Below, piece by piece: positions 23,337 through 36,619 of a DNA stretch of 64,000 bases (position 1 is its first letter; each line of letters begins with the position of its first letter). Under the pieces are notes generated by a model. The model worked only from the letters and a program-made list of their open reading frames with translations, was not told the origin of the DNA and did not search any database. Origin of the DNA: Octopus sinensis (lineage: Eukaryota); assembly GCF_006345805.1 (NCBI RefSeq), contig NC_043006.1, positions 61,752,001-61,816,000 on the forward strand. The letters run 5' to 3'. A program made the translations under genes and the position numbers.

Positions 23337-25050
23337 GCCTTTGCACAGCTTCTGACGCTGGAGATGTACTACAGTGTCAGCTGTTCAATACCAGTAAACT
23401 AAGGTAACACCTATTATCGAGCACCTTCCGGAGTATTCGAACGGTTCCAAGCGGTGCTTTTTTCTGCAAGTCCTCCACCCTTATGGGAGCACCTATTTAT
23501 TCCATGTACTTCCCGGGATTTTTGCTCACTGTTCCTAGGGTACCGACAATTATTGGTACTAATGATACCTTTTTCATCGCCCACAACTGCTTAAATTCCC
23601 AAGCTAACCTGGCATATCTCTCGACTTTTTTTTCCTCCTTATCACATACCTTGTTATCAGCTGGACATACTATATTTATGATCCAGTATATTTTGTTTTC
23701 TTTCTGAATTCAGAGTATGTCCGGTTTTCTATTCTCTATCTCATGGTCGCACTGAATTATAAAATCCCATACGATCTTTGCATTTTTATTTTCGATGATG
23801 TATTCAGGTTTTTGGACGTACCAATTTTTTCTCAGTCAAGTCCATACTTGTTGCAAAGTATTTTGTGGACAAGCCTAATTATATTGTCGCGGCGTCTCTT
23901 ATATTCATTCTGGGCAAGTGGCGTACATTGTCTGGTAATATGCCATAAGGTTACGTTTTGTCCACAGATTCTGCATTTATCACTTTCTGCTGTGTTGTAT
24001 CTTCTGTATTTTATGTAGTTTGTTCTTAGCGCTTGCTCTTGGGCAGCACAGATTAGAGACTCCGTTTCCGGTTTTTAATCACTTTTAGTCATCCACAGGC
24101 ATCTTTTTTCTCTGTCTGTCTTATCTTCAACATCCCTATGAAATTGACCATGCATTCTTTTGTTTACCCACCTATTTTCAATTTCAGTAGTTTTTAATTT
24201 CTTGTATAGTGCTTTATTTCTACAGTCTTTCATCCTACACAAGCCTGACCTTCTTACTTTTAATAATAGCGGTTCAGTGCCTTTTTTTTTACATACCATG
24301 CAATGTTGTTTTCTTCTGTCCTAATGGTGCGTTCGCATCCAATAAGTCCTCTTCCCCCTCTTTTTCTTGGTAAATACAGTCTGCCTGAGTCAATTATGGG
24401 GTGGATTGTCTCATATCTAGTTAGCAACTTCCTTGTCTTTCTTTCTAAGCTGTTTAGCTCGTGTACTGTCCATGCGATTACCCCTACTCCATACCTAAGG
24501 AGGGAAACCGCCCAGGTGGTGATAGCTTCGATCTTATTCTGTTCGTTTAATTTCGATTTAAATGTTAGTCTCAATAGTACTCCACCTTAAATTTTTCTGT
24601 CATTTTTTCTTCATCAATTTATCTATTTCCCAAATCCCCAATTACTTATACCAGTCTCTTCTATCTCCTTCATAACTTCCACCGACGGTATCGTTGGTCC
24701 GACCATACATTTGATTTTGCCTATCTTCAAACTAACATAGCACACTTTCTCAGTCCGAATTCTATTCTGATATCAGCACTGAAGGTATACACCGTATCAA
24801 CGAGGGAACTAATTTGGGCTTCATCTTTGCTATAAAGTGTGAGGTCATTCATGAATAACAAACGGTTGACTTTTTGTTGGCTGCTTTTGAATACATACCC
24901 AACTTTTGCTTTCCTCATAATCAGTGTTGGTGGTATCAAGCACAGTACAAAGATCAGTGGTGGAGGCAGTCCCCTTGGAAGATGCCTCTCCTAATTTCTG
25001 TTGTCCCTAAACTTTTTCCGTATGCTGTCAGGCCCATCTTCTAATTATTC
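23337..25050 (-). mobile_element. R4/Dong-like non-LTR retrotransposon, family 2 copy A (5'-truncated, decayed)
   Basis: RRGIFQGD, LLFMNDLTLY, EFGLRKCA, RLYLPRKRGGRGL, MHGQFHRD, ICAAQEQALRTN, CRIC..HI..C, IVWDFIIQCD, KPDI, VPIIVGTLG. The 3' end abuts (TGA)n. Confidence 0.9.
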
Positions 25051-25059
25051 TTATTTGGG

Positions 25060-25235
25060 TATGGCTGAGGTTCGGTCTTATTCCTCGTAGGAATTATGTG
25101 AGTAGCGGGTTACTACCGGCAAACTTAGGTACCCGCAAGTTGTAACATTTTTTCAAGTGCTTAGAACTCTTGCTGTCTTTAAGAGGCAAACTTTCTGTAG
25201 GAATTCTACCGGGCAGTCTTTTACAATCTCAACTT
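25060..25235 (-). mobile_element. Extreme 3' fragment of a third R4/Dong-like family
   Basis: Minus strand reads VEIVKDCPVEFLQKVCLLKTARVLST-stop, like the LQK..LLGTARIL C-terminus of these elements; preceded by (AAT)n. Confidence 0.55.
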
Positions 25236-25309
25236 ATTATTATTATGGTATCCTTTAATTATTTCTTAATTTTAGCTTCCTTAGTACCGGGCATCCTCCG
25301 GAGGCCAAG

Positions 25310-25352
<43 letters not shown>

Positions 25353-25353
<1 letters not shown>

Positions 25354-26108
25354 TTTTTTCTTTCTTCTTTCAAATTTTCTTCCATTTCTTGCCGAGTGTC
25401 TTCCCGACTCTAGGGCAAAGAAACTCATAGTGTATATTGGTAGGCCATTAAACCAAACTCAGTAGTTCGTTAATTTTTATTTTTTTTAATTTTTTTTTTT
25501 TAAAGTTAAATTAAAATGCATGAGCATCAACAGTTCTCACATCGACAATGCTCTTCTCAATACGTGTGATGTACCAGTTAAGACAATCTTTTGCACTTCT
25601 TGCAGGGATGGTAAGCCAGGGATCATTCTAATATAATTTTCGGTTCCCTTCTTGATCATTCCTAGTGCTCCTACGATCACTGGTATTGTAACCGCCTTGA
25701 GATACCACATTTTCTCAATTTCAATGAGTAGGTCTTTATATTTTCTGAGCTTGTCAAACTCTTTCGCTGAGATATTATGATCACAGGGGATGCTCATGTC
25801 GATCAATAAGCAAACTTTATTGTTTTGGTCTTTCACAACAATATCTGGTTTATTGGCCTTGATGGTTCGGTATGTATGTACTGGGAAGTCCCATAGAATG
25901 GTTACATTTTCTCCTTCAGTTACAACCTCAGGGTGGTGATTATACCACTTGTCGGCAGTTTTGATATTGTAATGCCGCCTTATTAGCCAGTGGAGATATT
26001 GGCCAACTCTGTCATGTCTTAATTTATACTCCACTGGTGCTAAGACTTTACATCCAGAGATTAGGTGGTCCACTGTTTCAATCACGTCGTTGCAGAATCG
26101 GCATTTTG
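25353..26108 (-). mobile_element. R4/Dong family 1 copy B (5'-truncated; CCHC and endonuclease frame intact)
   Basis: Near-identical to 16401-17150. ORF 25537..26151 runs CRFC...KPDIVV...LIDM...RRALSM-stop. Flanked by (TTA)n at 25311-25352 and 26109-26133. Confidence 0.95.
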
Positions 26109-26199
26109 TATTATTATTATTATTATTATTATTAAGGCGCCGAGACTGCAAAATCTGAGTTCACATTCCGCCGCGGTTGGAATATTCTTCATATTCCAC

Positions 26200-26720
26200 A
26201 ACCTTTTGATTTAGAAACTCAAGACTTTGTATTTCGTCAACGTCTCTGTGCTTTTTGGAGATTATTCGTGAATAAGTAGACATCCTCCCTTTCTGTCATT
26301 GATAATTTTGTCAGGCTCGTTGGCTTTTATTTCTCTGCCTATATGATGGTCATATCCACAAAATGGTGACTTCCTTTTTGTTACCACTTTTCCTGTATTT
26401 CCGTTTTATCAATCCGGCATATTTTCCAATGTACGTATGCCGTTGACTTGTTATGCCTGCCACTGTATTTCACCATTCTTACTTCTTGGCTTCCAAAGAC
26501 AACATAACTGATAATTTCTACATATTGTCTGTATATCACGCATTGTGATAAAAATATTGCTAGTATCTGAACGCGAAATTGTGTAGCGATTATCAGAATT
26601 TCCCATTTTGCATTCATCCCAGTGCACTTAAACCAATGATATATTTTCATTTGATTAAAATCTATTCTCTGCAATCCTTTTACGCACTTTTCATGCCTTT
26701 TACTGACCCCATGTTTCTTT
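26200..26720 (-). pseudogene. Highly decayed R4/Dong-like 3' region
   Basis: YHWFKCTG...ILIIATQ, RHN...YVHWKICR, EKW, VTILW and EIKANEPDKI in the expected order. Confidence 0.55.
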
Positions 26721-26964
26721 CAGTATATGCTCCCCATAGTATTTTTCTCTATCGTTGCTATTATTGATTCGTTGTTCGTTGTTCCTGTTGCTGTTCTTTG
26801 TATTCATTGTTGTTGTCGCTGCTGATGTTGGTTCTGTTGCTACTGATACTGCTATTGGTCTTCTTGAATATAATGGGTTTTTTTACCACTGTGATTATTA
26901 CGTTTCTAAATATCTAAACATTTTAGTTTGAGGTCGGTAAAATCATATGCCTGAAGTCAGTTTT

Positions 26965-26997
26965 GTATATATATATATACACATATATATATATATT

Positions 26998-27073
<76 letters not shown>
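26965..27073. repeat. (TA)n microsatellite
   Basis: Direct inspection. Confidence 0.97.
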
Positions 27074-27078
<5 letters not shown>

Positions 27079-27979
27079 TGTATAAAAGCATGCTTTAATC
27101 GGGCTTCTGAGATTTAGAATACTTTCTAGAAAATATTGTAAGCACGATCATGATCAAAAAAAGCCAAGCAAAAATGATATAATAGCAATAACCACGTTTG
27201 TATTACAAAGAATAGACAGATAGTTTCTACAAAGAACCAACAACCAAGACAATGGAAGTAGCTAAAATTCTTTTGCTAACACAGCTCGTGAAAAATAATT
27301 ATGAGTAAGCTTCACCTCTCAGAAGGAGGTGCAGAGATGTCACGAAGTTATTCACTACACTGCCTGGCGACGGTATCGAAGAAAAAAGAACGAGAAAAGC
27401 AACGATATCTACATTTCGTAAATGATAGAGATTTTCAATATGAAGTCAAATGAGAAGTAGATGAAAGATCTGGCGCATACGAGGAATACTGTGGTTTGGG
27501 ACATATTGAGCATGGGGCTAAACTTCAATGCCAAATCTTTGGTTCTTATAACCCTGTGCATACTAGTACACAAAGAAAAAGATATGGGGATATTGGTTCT
27601 ACGCCATGTGCACTTCTTCTGTAGAACACTAATTCTTTCTGGTATTGTATTCCAGTCGCGTAGAAATACCGTAATTGTTTCGCATTTAGAAGTTAGTTGT
27701 GTGTGTGTCCTTCTTGAAATATTGTAAGGGAGAGGAAAAAATGAAGGTCACAACAAACTAAACATATCTGCGGCTTTCAAAAAGCCACTAGCCTGGTCTC
27801 CAACTTAAAATTTGACTTTATTCTTCGTGCTATCTACTGACATTGAGAATGTCGATAAACAGACGTTATGTATGACTCACGAGGAGAATTGATATTTTAA
27901 TGAGATGGAGAAGATTTCATAGTTTGTTGTATCACGTAAGAAATCAAAATGTATTTTTTCAATGATAGCGAGATGGAAT

Positions 27980-28620
27980 ATATGTACGAGATAGTACTTC
28001 AACGTTCCGAAAGTAGAAGCAAGAAGGTGGAGTGGATGCAGTCTTGAGATGCATTACTTCAAACTACGTGGAAGCTTAACATTTGTGTGTACAGCTAAGC
28101 AATTTAATAGACATAAGCTAAAAATTAGTTACAGTTCAACCACAAATTTTAAAAGCATAATTGCACACAACGCAAAAAACAACACGAAGCCGGATGTTCC
28201 TGCAGGGATAAAAACTTGTGCCAGCCAAATGGAGCCTGTATGATCGAGGCCGTTATTTATGAAGCCACAGTAAATTCTACGAACGCTAATGACACAGTTT
28301 CGTCAAAGTGATATGTGGGTCTCACAGAGGGACGTTTTAAAGTAAGGTTCAATGATCACACCTTAAGCTTCAGACATGGCAATAAAAGAAAATGGCCAAA
28401 TTATCCAGTCATATATGGTTCCTAGAAGAAGAAGGTGCCTGATATAAGATTTAATGGGAGATCTTGGCCAAGTGTAAATCTTATACCATAGTGGTAAGTG
28501 CGGTCTTTGGATATGGAAAGATAATTCATCTGGAAAAGTTCATTGGACCACGCTACATGCCTAAATTCAAGAACTGGCCTTATTGGATCATGTCCACATA
28601 TGACAAATACGTGTTACAGT
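27980..28620 (+). pseudogene. Penelope-like element C-terminal region with GIY-YIG endonuclease
   Basis: FNRHKLKISYSSTTNFKSIIAHN, then VIYEATV...YVGLTEGRFKVRFNDHTLSF, LSSHIW and WEILAKCKSY. The upstream 27100-27540 may belong to it (ILSMGLNF). Confidence 0.75.
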
Positions 28621-28894
28621 GTTGCCTCCCTACTCAGATAACGGATAGAATCTGCATTTTTACTATGTTCCTGTACAACTTTTCTATGTCTTAACGTTTT
28701 TATAGTTTTATATATATTTTTATTTTTCCCTTTTTAATTGTGATTGTGTATGTGCGTAAGTATATGTATATGTATTTGTATATTAAATGCGTATATGTGT
28801 GCGTGTGTATACGAGTGCATGTGTGTATATGAGTGTAGGACTGTGTCCTTTTATACGTATATGTATCTGCGTTTGTAGGTGTGTTACAAGAGGG

Positions 28895-28928
<34 letters not shown>

Positions 28929-29115
28929 CATATATTCATATACATATATATATACATACATATATACATATATATATATGTATATATATATACATATATA
29001 TATATATATAATATATATATATATAATATATATATATATATCTGCGCACATATGTACATATGTGTATATCCATATATGCCGTGAGTGTGAATGTATGCAT
29101 GTACTAGTATGTATG

Positions 29116-29150
<35 letters not shown>
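28895..29150. repeat. (TA)n/(TG)n-rich low-complexity tract
   Basis: Direct inspection. Confidence 0.9.
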
Positions 29151-29153
<3 letters not shown>

Positions 29154-29529
29154 TGTATTTATATGTATAAATGTCTAAATATATATGTAAGTATACACCT
29201 ATGTGTATATGAGGATGAAGTTGCGTGCGCATATATGTATACATCTGTGTGTGTGTGTTTGTGTGTGTATTGGCATGTACATATACATGTTTGTGTGAGT
29301 TTGAACATATGTAGACGTTATGAACGCAGGAGGATTTATGTTTATGCATTGTGCGTGTATTTTTTATCTTTTATATTTTCCTACCTATTAAAGTGTCTTC
29401 CCTTTTATTCAACGGTTATTTATAGCGTCTATTGTCATGTTAGCGCATGAGAATGCCCCGTAGGGCTTAGCTCTGATATTTAAAACTCTGAGTCCTGTCA
29501 CTGACAACTTCATGATTGTCCTAAACTAT

Positions 29530-29578
<49 letters not shown>

Positions 29579-29680
29579 CATACATACACACACACATATA
29601 TACATATATATATATATATACATATACATGTATGTGTGTATCATATACGCACACACATTTACTACCACATCTAATTATGA

Positions 29681-29723
<43 letters not shown>

Positions 29724-29745
29724 CCCCCACTGTATCATCTACCAG

Positions 29746-29868
29746 ACTATCGAATGATGCCACTGCGCAGGTTAAGCAGGCAGGCAAGCAAGCGGACATT
29801 CCCTCTCAACAGAGGGGTGTTTGGTCGCCGGGTCACCCATTTGCTCAAATCCCTTTTCTACACTACCA
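29746..29868 (+). CDS. Candidate 123-nt symmetric coding exon of an unknown gene (LSNDATAQVKQAGKQADIPSQQRGVWSPGHPFAQIPFLHY)
   Basis: About 53% GC in an AT-rich context; CAG acceptor at 29743-29745, GTCAGT donor at 29869, 40 open codons. No recognised homology. Confidence 0.2.
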
Positions 29869-30567
29869 GTCAGTAATCGGAACATTTTTTCTGCCTGAGT
29901 TCTCATTTGTATGTATTTTTAAATATCGATATGCATTCAAGGCATGTTGTACTATTAAATATTAACAAAAAATATAAAAATGCGTATGTGCAAAACTGAA
30001 AGTTTCTAGCTTAGGATTTTCATTCCATATCTGTTTTTTCTTGGGATATTCCAAACGTCTTTTCATAACTTATAATATACCTCATACAACAGAGCCTATT
30101 CCAAAATTATTTAATAAAGAAATTGTGCTATTATTTGAGCAATATATAAGAATTGAAACACTTCGAAACAGTCGAAAATCAAAGTTATATAAATTGGTGA
30201 AATGCTTAGCTCCCTGGATACCTGTGACTAACAACGTTTTGTGGTGTGTATCGTGGTTATGGCATGGTTCTCCAAGAAATTGCAACTATAACAAGATGGG
30301 GGAATTTCAGGACATGAGTTAGTATTAGTGTAAATATTAACGTCAAGTCGTTTACTTTTTAAGATACATCCATTATACTTCATATTAACACCTTCAGATC
30401 ACACCACACAATAAAAGATACACAAGTGTACTCGCTCAAATTTTTTCTGCATATTTCAATAGGATTGCATGTAATTTATCCTAAAATTTATTAGCTGACA
30501 GGAATGTAATTTACACGTAGATATTGAATACTATTGTTATTTGCAGAGGCACATATATATTAACATA

Positions 30568-30606
<39 letters not shown>

Positions 30607-30635
30607 TGTATATATAAACAGAACATACACACACG

Positions 30636-31950
30636 GTAGTGTGTAAATAATATTCTTAAGGTCAACGTTTACTCACATGCGACTAATTCTAGGCTTTGTC
30701 CCTAACTTAGTTTTTAACTAAATTAGATATTTACATTTTTAGATTAATCATATCCTAAACTACATTTTTAGCTATAAAATTTGAAAATTACTTCGGGAGA
30801 AAAAACTTTCTGTTAAATATGTGAAGTCAAAAACGGAAGATTGACGCCTTAAATCGACCTTAAGTCGACAATATGTTTTTGAAAGAAATCTATAGTTTAT
30901 ATTAGCTTACATGATAGATATCTGGCAGAGGAAGATTTCCATGTTACTTATATGCAAAAATTCTCTGTAGAAAAAAGTGGTGAGCTAAAAACTGGCGAAA
31001 CAATAAAAAGAAGATTAACCTCTGAAATAAATTTTGACTCCAAATATTTTTCTTATTACAAAAGAAAACTATATTTAAATTCAACTTTTCTGATTAGTCT
31101 CCACTTGAGTAATCCGATGATGACAATTATATATATATAGTTAAATAAAAAAAATACTTGGGCCAAATATGCAGAAAAACGTGGTAACGCCTTAAAGCAA
31201 ATTCAGTTTTTTACCTCATATGATAGAACTCATCAAGACGAATGTCGTGGTGCTAATCTTTTCAAAAATATCGTTCACGCACAGTAGTGTGAATAATATT
31301 CTTAGGGCCAACATTTACTCACTCACGACCATTTCAAGACCTAGTTACCATGTAAACATACCCAAATGCGATAATGTTTACGTTTGTAGATTGGTTACAG
31401 TACAAGCTACATTTCGATTCAAAGCATTTGAAAATCGGTTTAGTAGAAAAGAATGTTTGAATCAAAAATATGAGTTCCGAAAAGAAGAATAACACCTGAA
31501 ATCTGCTTTGGAGTGCCATTTTAAAAATAATAAATCTATATTTTATTTTAGCTTATATGATAGATCTCAATGGCAGAAATGTTATTTATGTTATTTATAT
31601 ACGGAAACATGGAATAGAAAAAAGATGCTGAGGTAAAATCGACGAACAAGACGAGATCAATGCCTGAAATCGACTCTCACTCCATATGTTATTATTCTTT
31701 CAAGACAAGACTATATTTAAATTCAACTTTTCTGGTAGATCTCGACAACAGGTATCATATAATGGTAATTATATATATATATATATACAAAGATTAAAAT
31801 AAAAATATTCCTACGGCCAAATGTACCGAAAACAGTGATAATGCCTAAAGGAAATACAAAACCTAAACATGTTAATATTTTGTAACATCTTGTTTTTTGT
31901 TTCGCTCATATGATATAATTCATCAAAACGTGGTGATAGTCTTTTCAAAA
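30636..31950. repeat. Degenerate tandem duplication with a unit of about 645 bp (third partial copy at about 32345-32580)
   Basis: AATAATATTCTTA at 30646 and 31292; ACTATATTTAAATTCAACTTTTCTG identical at 31068 and 31710. Confidence 0.85.
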
Positions 31951-32059
31951 AATATTGATCATGAAAAAAGTTATATAAGATAAATATGCCAGAGTACGTA
32001 AAACAATTTTCAAGAAGTATTACAGTACTAAGACGACGAGCTGGTATATTCGTTAACAT

Positions 32060-32250
32060 ACAGGGTTAAAACTTCGTGGCATTTTGTTTCTCTCTACATT
32101 CTGAGTTCAAATTCCACCAAGGTCGTCTTTGCCCCTTATCTTTTCGCTACTCGATAAAATGAGTATCAGCTGCACTGTGAGGTCCATGTACTCCACGTCC
32201 CTTCCCTTCGGATTTGCTTGCACTTTTCCAAAATTTTAATGTTCCATACA
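32060..32250 (+). mobile_element. Diverged SINE (second family)
   Basis: TTCTGAGTTCAAATTCCACCAAGGTCG (B-box-like) and TCGATAAAATGAGTATCAG. Confidence 0.7.
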
Positions 32251-32938
32251 ATATAGTATTTAGGTACCTTGCAAAGATCTACCTCGTACTCATACAATAC
32301 ATTATATTGTAATAAATATATATTGTAATAAATATCATACTCACACTATTCTTAAGATCAACATTACTCACTCGCGACCACTTCCAGGCTTGGTCACTAA
32401 TTCAGTTTTTCACTAGATTAAATGATGTTTAAACTATTTTTAGATTGTTCACCTCCTAAGTTACATTTTGAACAACAACATTTGAAATTTGGTTCAGTAG
32501 AAAAATTGTTGAGATTTCAAATATGTGAGGTTAAAAAGGGGAGAATGAGGCCTGAAATCTACTTCAGGAATAAACATGCAACGCTGCATACATGCTTTCA
32601 TAAACACGCACGCACACACACATACACACACACATACATGCACATACAGTTAATTAACTTTTCAAATGCCAATGAAGGGAATCTTTGGTGAGTGTGACGA
32701 ATACGTAGCGTTAAGGAGAGAGGGGGGTAAGTTGACAGCAATTGATGACAAGTGTACTCTTTTGTGCTGTCCATGGTAAACAAACACTCACACACAGACA
32801 CATACATACATACATACATACATTCAACATACATACACATTGCAGAAAAATGTTACTGAGGTTTAAACTTTAATCATGTTCACCTAATCAAAAAACTGTA
32901 GTAAGACATGATGACATTATTTTTTCACTGGAGCTCAA

Positions 32939-34205
32939 GTTAGTTGTGCTTGGACACGCTAACCAGGTAGGGTTGGCGTTGTATGGATTTAAACAACAAC
33001 TTCCACACAAGGCTAGAACTCGCCTTCAAAAAGAAATTTAACTGAATTACTGCTAGTATGTTAGACGGTCAAGCACGTCGTTTGAAGTTATTCATTCAAT
33101 CAGCTTCATCTAAAACACGAAAAGTAACTTGTTCGCTTTACTTCTTATTATGTTCACAGAATTGGCAAGTTATCGTGAGCAACATTCACTCTTAGTAAAT
33201 AATTCTTCATTTGACATTCAAGATGTTACTGCAATGAATTTAATTATATCATTTTATCCGGATGCGTAATTTACCTTTTTCTGGACACTTTTTCTATTCA
33301 TATGCATAGGTTTGTAAATATTCTGTATTTTCTAGGTTAAAATTCTGTTTTTACAACGTTCGTATATACATTGCACCACATTGCTGTGCTTTTGTATTGA
33401 GTTATATCACCGTAACAGTACCTGTTGAGTTGTTTTGCCCAACACCTAGTACGTCGGATATTATCTCATGTTCCTTGCGCTCTTGTCAGACACAGCTTGC
33501 TTCTATTGGACCTATGGCTGGTCTTTAATTAATAGATAGGGGTGTCTATCTTTCAGCAACTCGCCAGTATGTAGTTCTGTTCTCCTTTGTAATCTTAGCA
33601 AATGCGCACGAAAATAGTACCAGGCGCTTCTTCAAATGTTTCCTATAGCTACTGCTAGCTCACATTACATATTTACCAGTACTTATACTTTTATCATTAT
33701 GGATGCTGTTTCCATTTTTCTAGTCTTGCAATGTTTATTTATGCATGTATGGTGTTTCGCTTTCTTTTTCTTGCACTTGTACGAGCATTTCTTGTAAACA
33801 TTTGTTTTAGTTTCATATTTGTTTTACATTGTTTGATTTACTATCGACTTTCAGTCTGCTGAAGGCCAATGTAGTAAACTACTTTTTTGCTGAGTCGCGA
33901 GTTAGTTGTGCTTGGACAGACGCTAACTAGGTAGAGTTGGCTTTGTTTGGATTCAAACGTGCCTTCAAATAGAAAGTTAATTCAATTGCTGCTAATACAA
34001 TGGACAGTAAACCGCGTCGTTTGAAGCTACTCATTATATTAGCCTCTTCTAGAGCATGGACATTAACCTAATCGCTTTCTTTGTTATTATGTTCACATAC
34101 TACACAAGTTATCCTGAGCAACTTTGGCTTTTCTCAACCAATTCTTCCGTTGGCATTCAAGTTGTCGCGGCAATCAGTGTATCTGTATCAACTTATCCGG
34201 TCTTT
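32939..34205 (-). pseudogene. Two decayed homologous coding-like segments (32939-33265 and 33901-34205) with a Cys/His motif, possibly FLYWCH/MULE-type transposase DNA-binding domain
   Basis: Direct repeat; minus frames read TCQFCEHN / TCVVCEHN and FKRR, with synonymous-type differences. A TYWR motif lies between them at about 33565. Family call is tentative. Confidence 0.35.
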
Positions 34206-35371
34206 TCAGCAGCATTTAGATCCAGTTTCCTCTTCAAGGCGATTGAACGCATATACATATATTGTTAGTTGAACCAAATCCGTTCATGTCTTCCACTTTA
34301 TTCGGGTCAGACTGAGGTCTAACTTTTAAAGGCATATCAATGGAATTACATGGAGTTTCATTGTACGCATTACTAGAAGCCCCAGAAAAGTTGTTGATAT
34401 TTGCATATTTGCGAAAGAAATACTTACAAGGAAAGAGGGAAAATGCTACGTCTGTATAAATTGATAGAAATTGAATAGAAGTTTTTTGATATGGTAATAA
34501 AATATATTATTGAAATACTAAAATAAGTATTTGAAATGTTCATTTGAAAATGAAATATAAATAGAAGTATATAAAAACGGATAATTCAAACATTACATTA
34601 TTTAATTATAATAACAACAGGTGCATTACATCAGTAAAACAATGTAGAAATAGACAAATAGACTTAATACCCCAAAGATTCAAACAAACAATATGCAATT
34701 TAGCACACTAATCATAACAATAGTAATAACATTACATAACCATAATTAGAGTTAGTAGAGAAAAGAGGTAGATAAACAAAATGAAAGACGTGTATATACC
34801 GGAAGCACAGCAGCTGATAGAGCTGACAAAAGCAATTTTGTAACATACTGCTATATAAAAAATGATACAAAATATAAATGCAATCTAATAATACATAATG
34901 ATAATTTTCACGAATTTGATTAGAAAATAAATGTTTTATTTTTTACGCATGCAAACTTGGAAATAGATGCATATTACCTAACATATAAATATATATCTTT
35001 ACCCAATGGGATACTGCTTTTATGTTGCATGCTGAAGAGTATATTTCGCATTTTGTTTGCAATAAAAATTATATTTTGCCATTTATATTCTCCAGAAAGT
35101 GAGATAAGAAAAATATTCATCTTCGAAATTTATCTTTGATATATATCACTCATTTTTCTGGGATTTATACTAAATTTCGTACGAAAACTCCCTGAAAATA
35201 TTTCCAATAATTTCGGAATGTGTCTATTGTTTTCTTCCTTTTACACTTATGTATGCTTCTCATGAAATATGCATATGTGTGTGGGATGGTGGAAATGAAC
35301 TAGTTTCAGGTCTCGAGCTGTAGCCATGCTGGGGCACTGCCAATTGGTGTTCCTATATAATATATACTTCA

Positions 35372-35650
35372 CTAATTCATTTTAGAACTTGACATTTGGT
35401 GCATGTGGGAGTTTGACGCCGCTGCCGTCATTTGCATATCCGGCTGTGATGTTGGTTCATCTGGGACACTTGGCAATAAAAGATCTAGTTTTGTTTTGAA
35501 GATATCTACAGCCACTCCATGTAGGTCTGACAGGTCCTTCGTGGGGATATTGAAGTGTCGTAGGCCTTTAAAGCCTAGGCTGTTGCGATATGTTGTCCTA
35601 TATTTTGATGGAAAAGTTGAGGCCTTTGCCATTATGCAGTGATGACCTGT
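35372..35650 (-). mobile_element. 3' end of an L2/CR1-group LINE
   Basis: ORF 35372..35632 reads YRNSLGFKGLRHFNIP.KDL.DL...FKTKLDLLL..VPDEP...AAASNS. Confidence 0.75.
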
Positions 35651-36024
35651 TGCACGAAGATACTTAACATCTTTCTAAAATTATGATTTAATATTATAAG
35701 AAACGAATATCAAGCAGTGCTTGCAGAATCGGTATTTCGTACATAGTCCTTTGTTGTGAATCTTGGAGTCAAATATTTTTGACATTGATAGGCACAATTT
35801 TTCGCACAAATATGGTGTTATCTCCATAGTCCACACTTTTAAGGTTACTAATCACATGATCTTCCTCTACTACATTTCACAAATTTCAGACATCAATTGA
35901 TTGTGAAGGATTATCATTAGACATGTTCACTCAAATGTGACAACTTTAATTATCGGAACTAAACATATTTGTGTGTTTCTCTGTGTGTGTGCTTCTCTGT
36001 GTGTGAGAGTGAGTGTGTGCGTGC

Positions 36025-36225
36025 GAGTGTGCGTGTGTTTATCGTCCACCACCGTTTGACAACCAAAGCTGATGCGTTTACGTGGCCGTACCATGGAGCT
36101 TCTACAAAAGACAGAGGTAGAATAAGTACCAGCATTATAAAAGTACAGGGGTCGTTTCATTCGACAAAAATATCTTTAAGGCTTTTTCCAGCAAGGCTGC
36201 AGTCTAATGACTGAAGCAAGAAAAA
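36025..36225 (+). mobile_element. 3' half of a microsatellite-containing SINE (third family)
   Basis: TTGACAACC...AGAATAAGTACCAG...GCAGTCTAATGACTGAA, homologous to 36620-36805 and 55270-55490. Confidence 0.7.
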
Positions 36226-36246
36226 GAATACAACAATATGTATATA

Positions 36247-36297
<51 letters not shown>

Positions 36298-36479
36298 ATA
36301 TATATATATATAATATATATATATATATACACATATATACATATAAAAGAAATCAAAGAAGGAAGATGCACATACTTTACATAGTTTTTATGTGATTTTT
36401 AATATATCTTGTATTGTGTCTGTCGACCTGCTTCGCTTTCGCTAATCATCACATTAAAATTTATTTAAATACGTATTTT

Positions 36480-36552
<73 letters not shown>

Positions 36553-36574
36553 ATATACATATGCGTATAAATAG

Positions 36575-36617
<43 letters not shown>

Positions 36618-36619
36618 AG

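Noticed and set aside
33085-33135. VLDEAD motif suggesting a DEAD-box helicase
   Set aside because: The paralogous copy reads ALEEAN, and no other helicase motifs occur at the right spacing.
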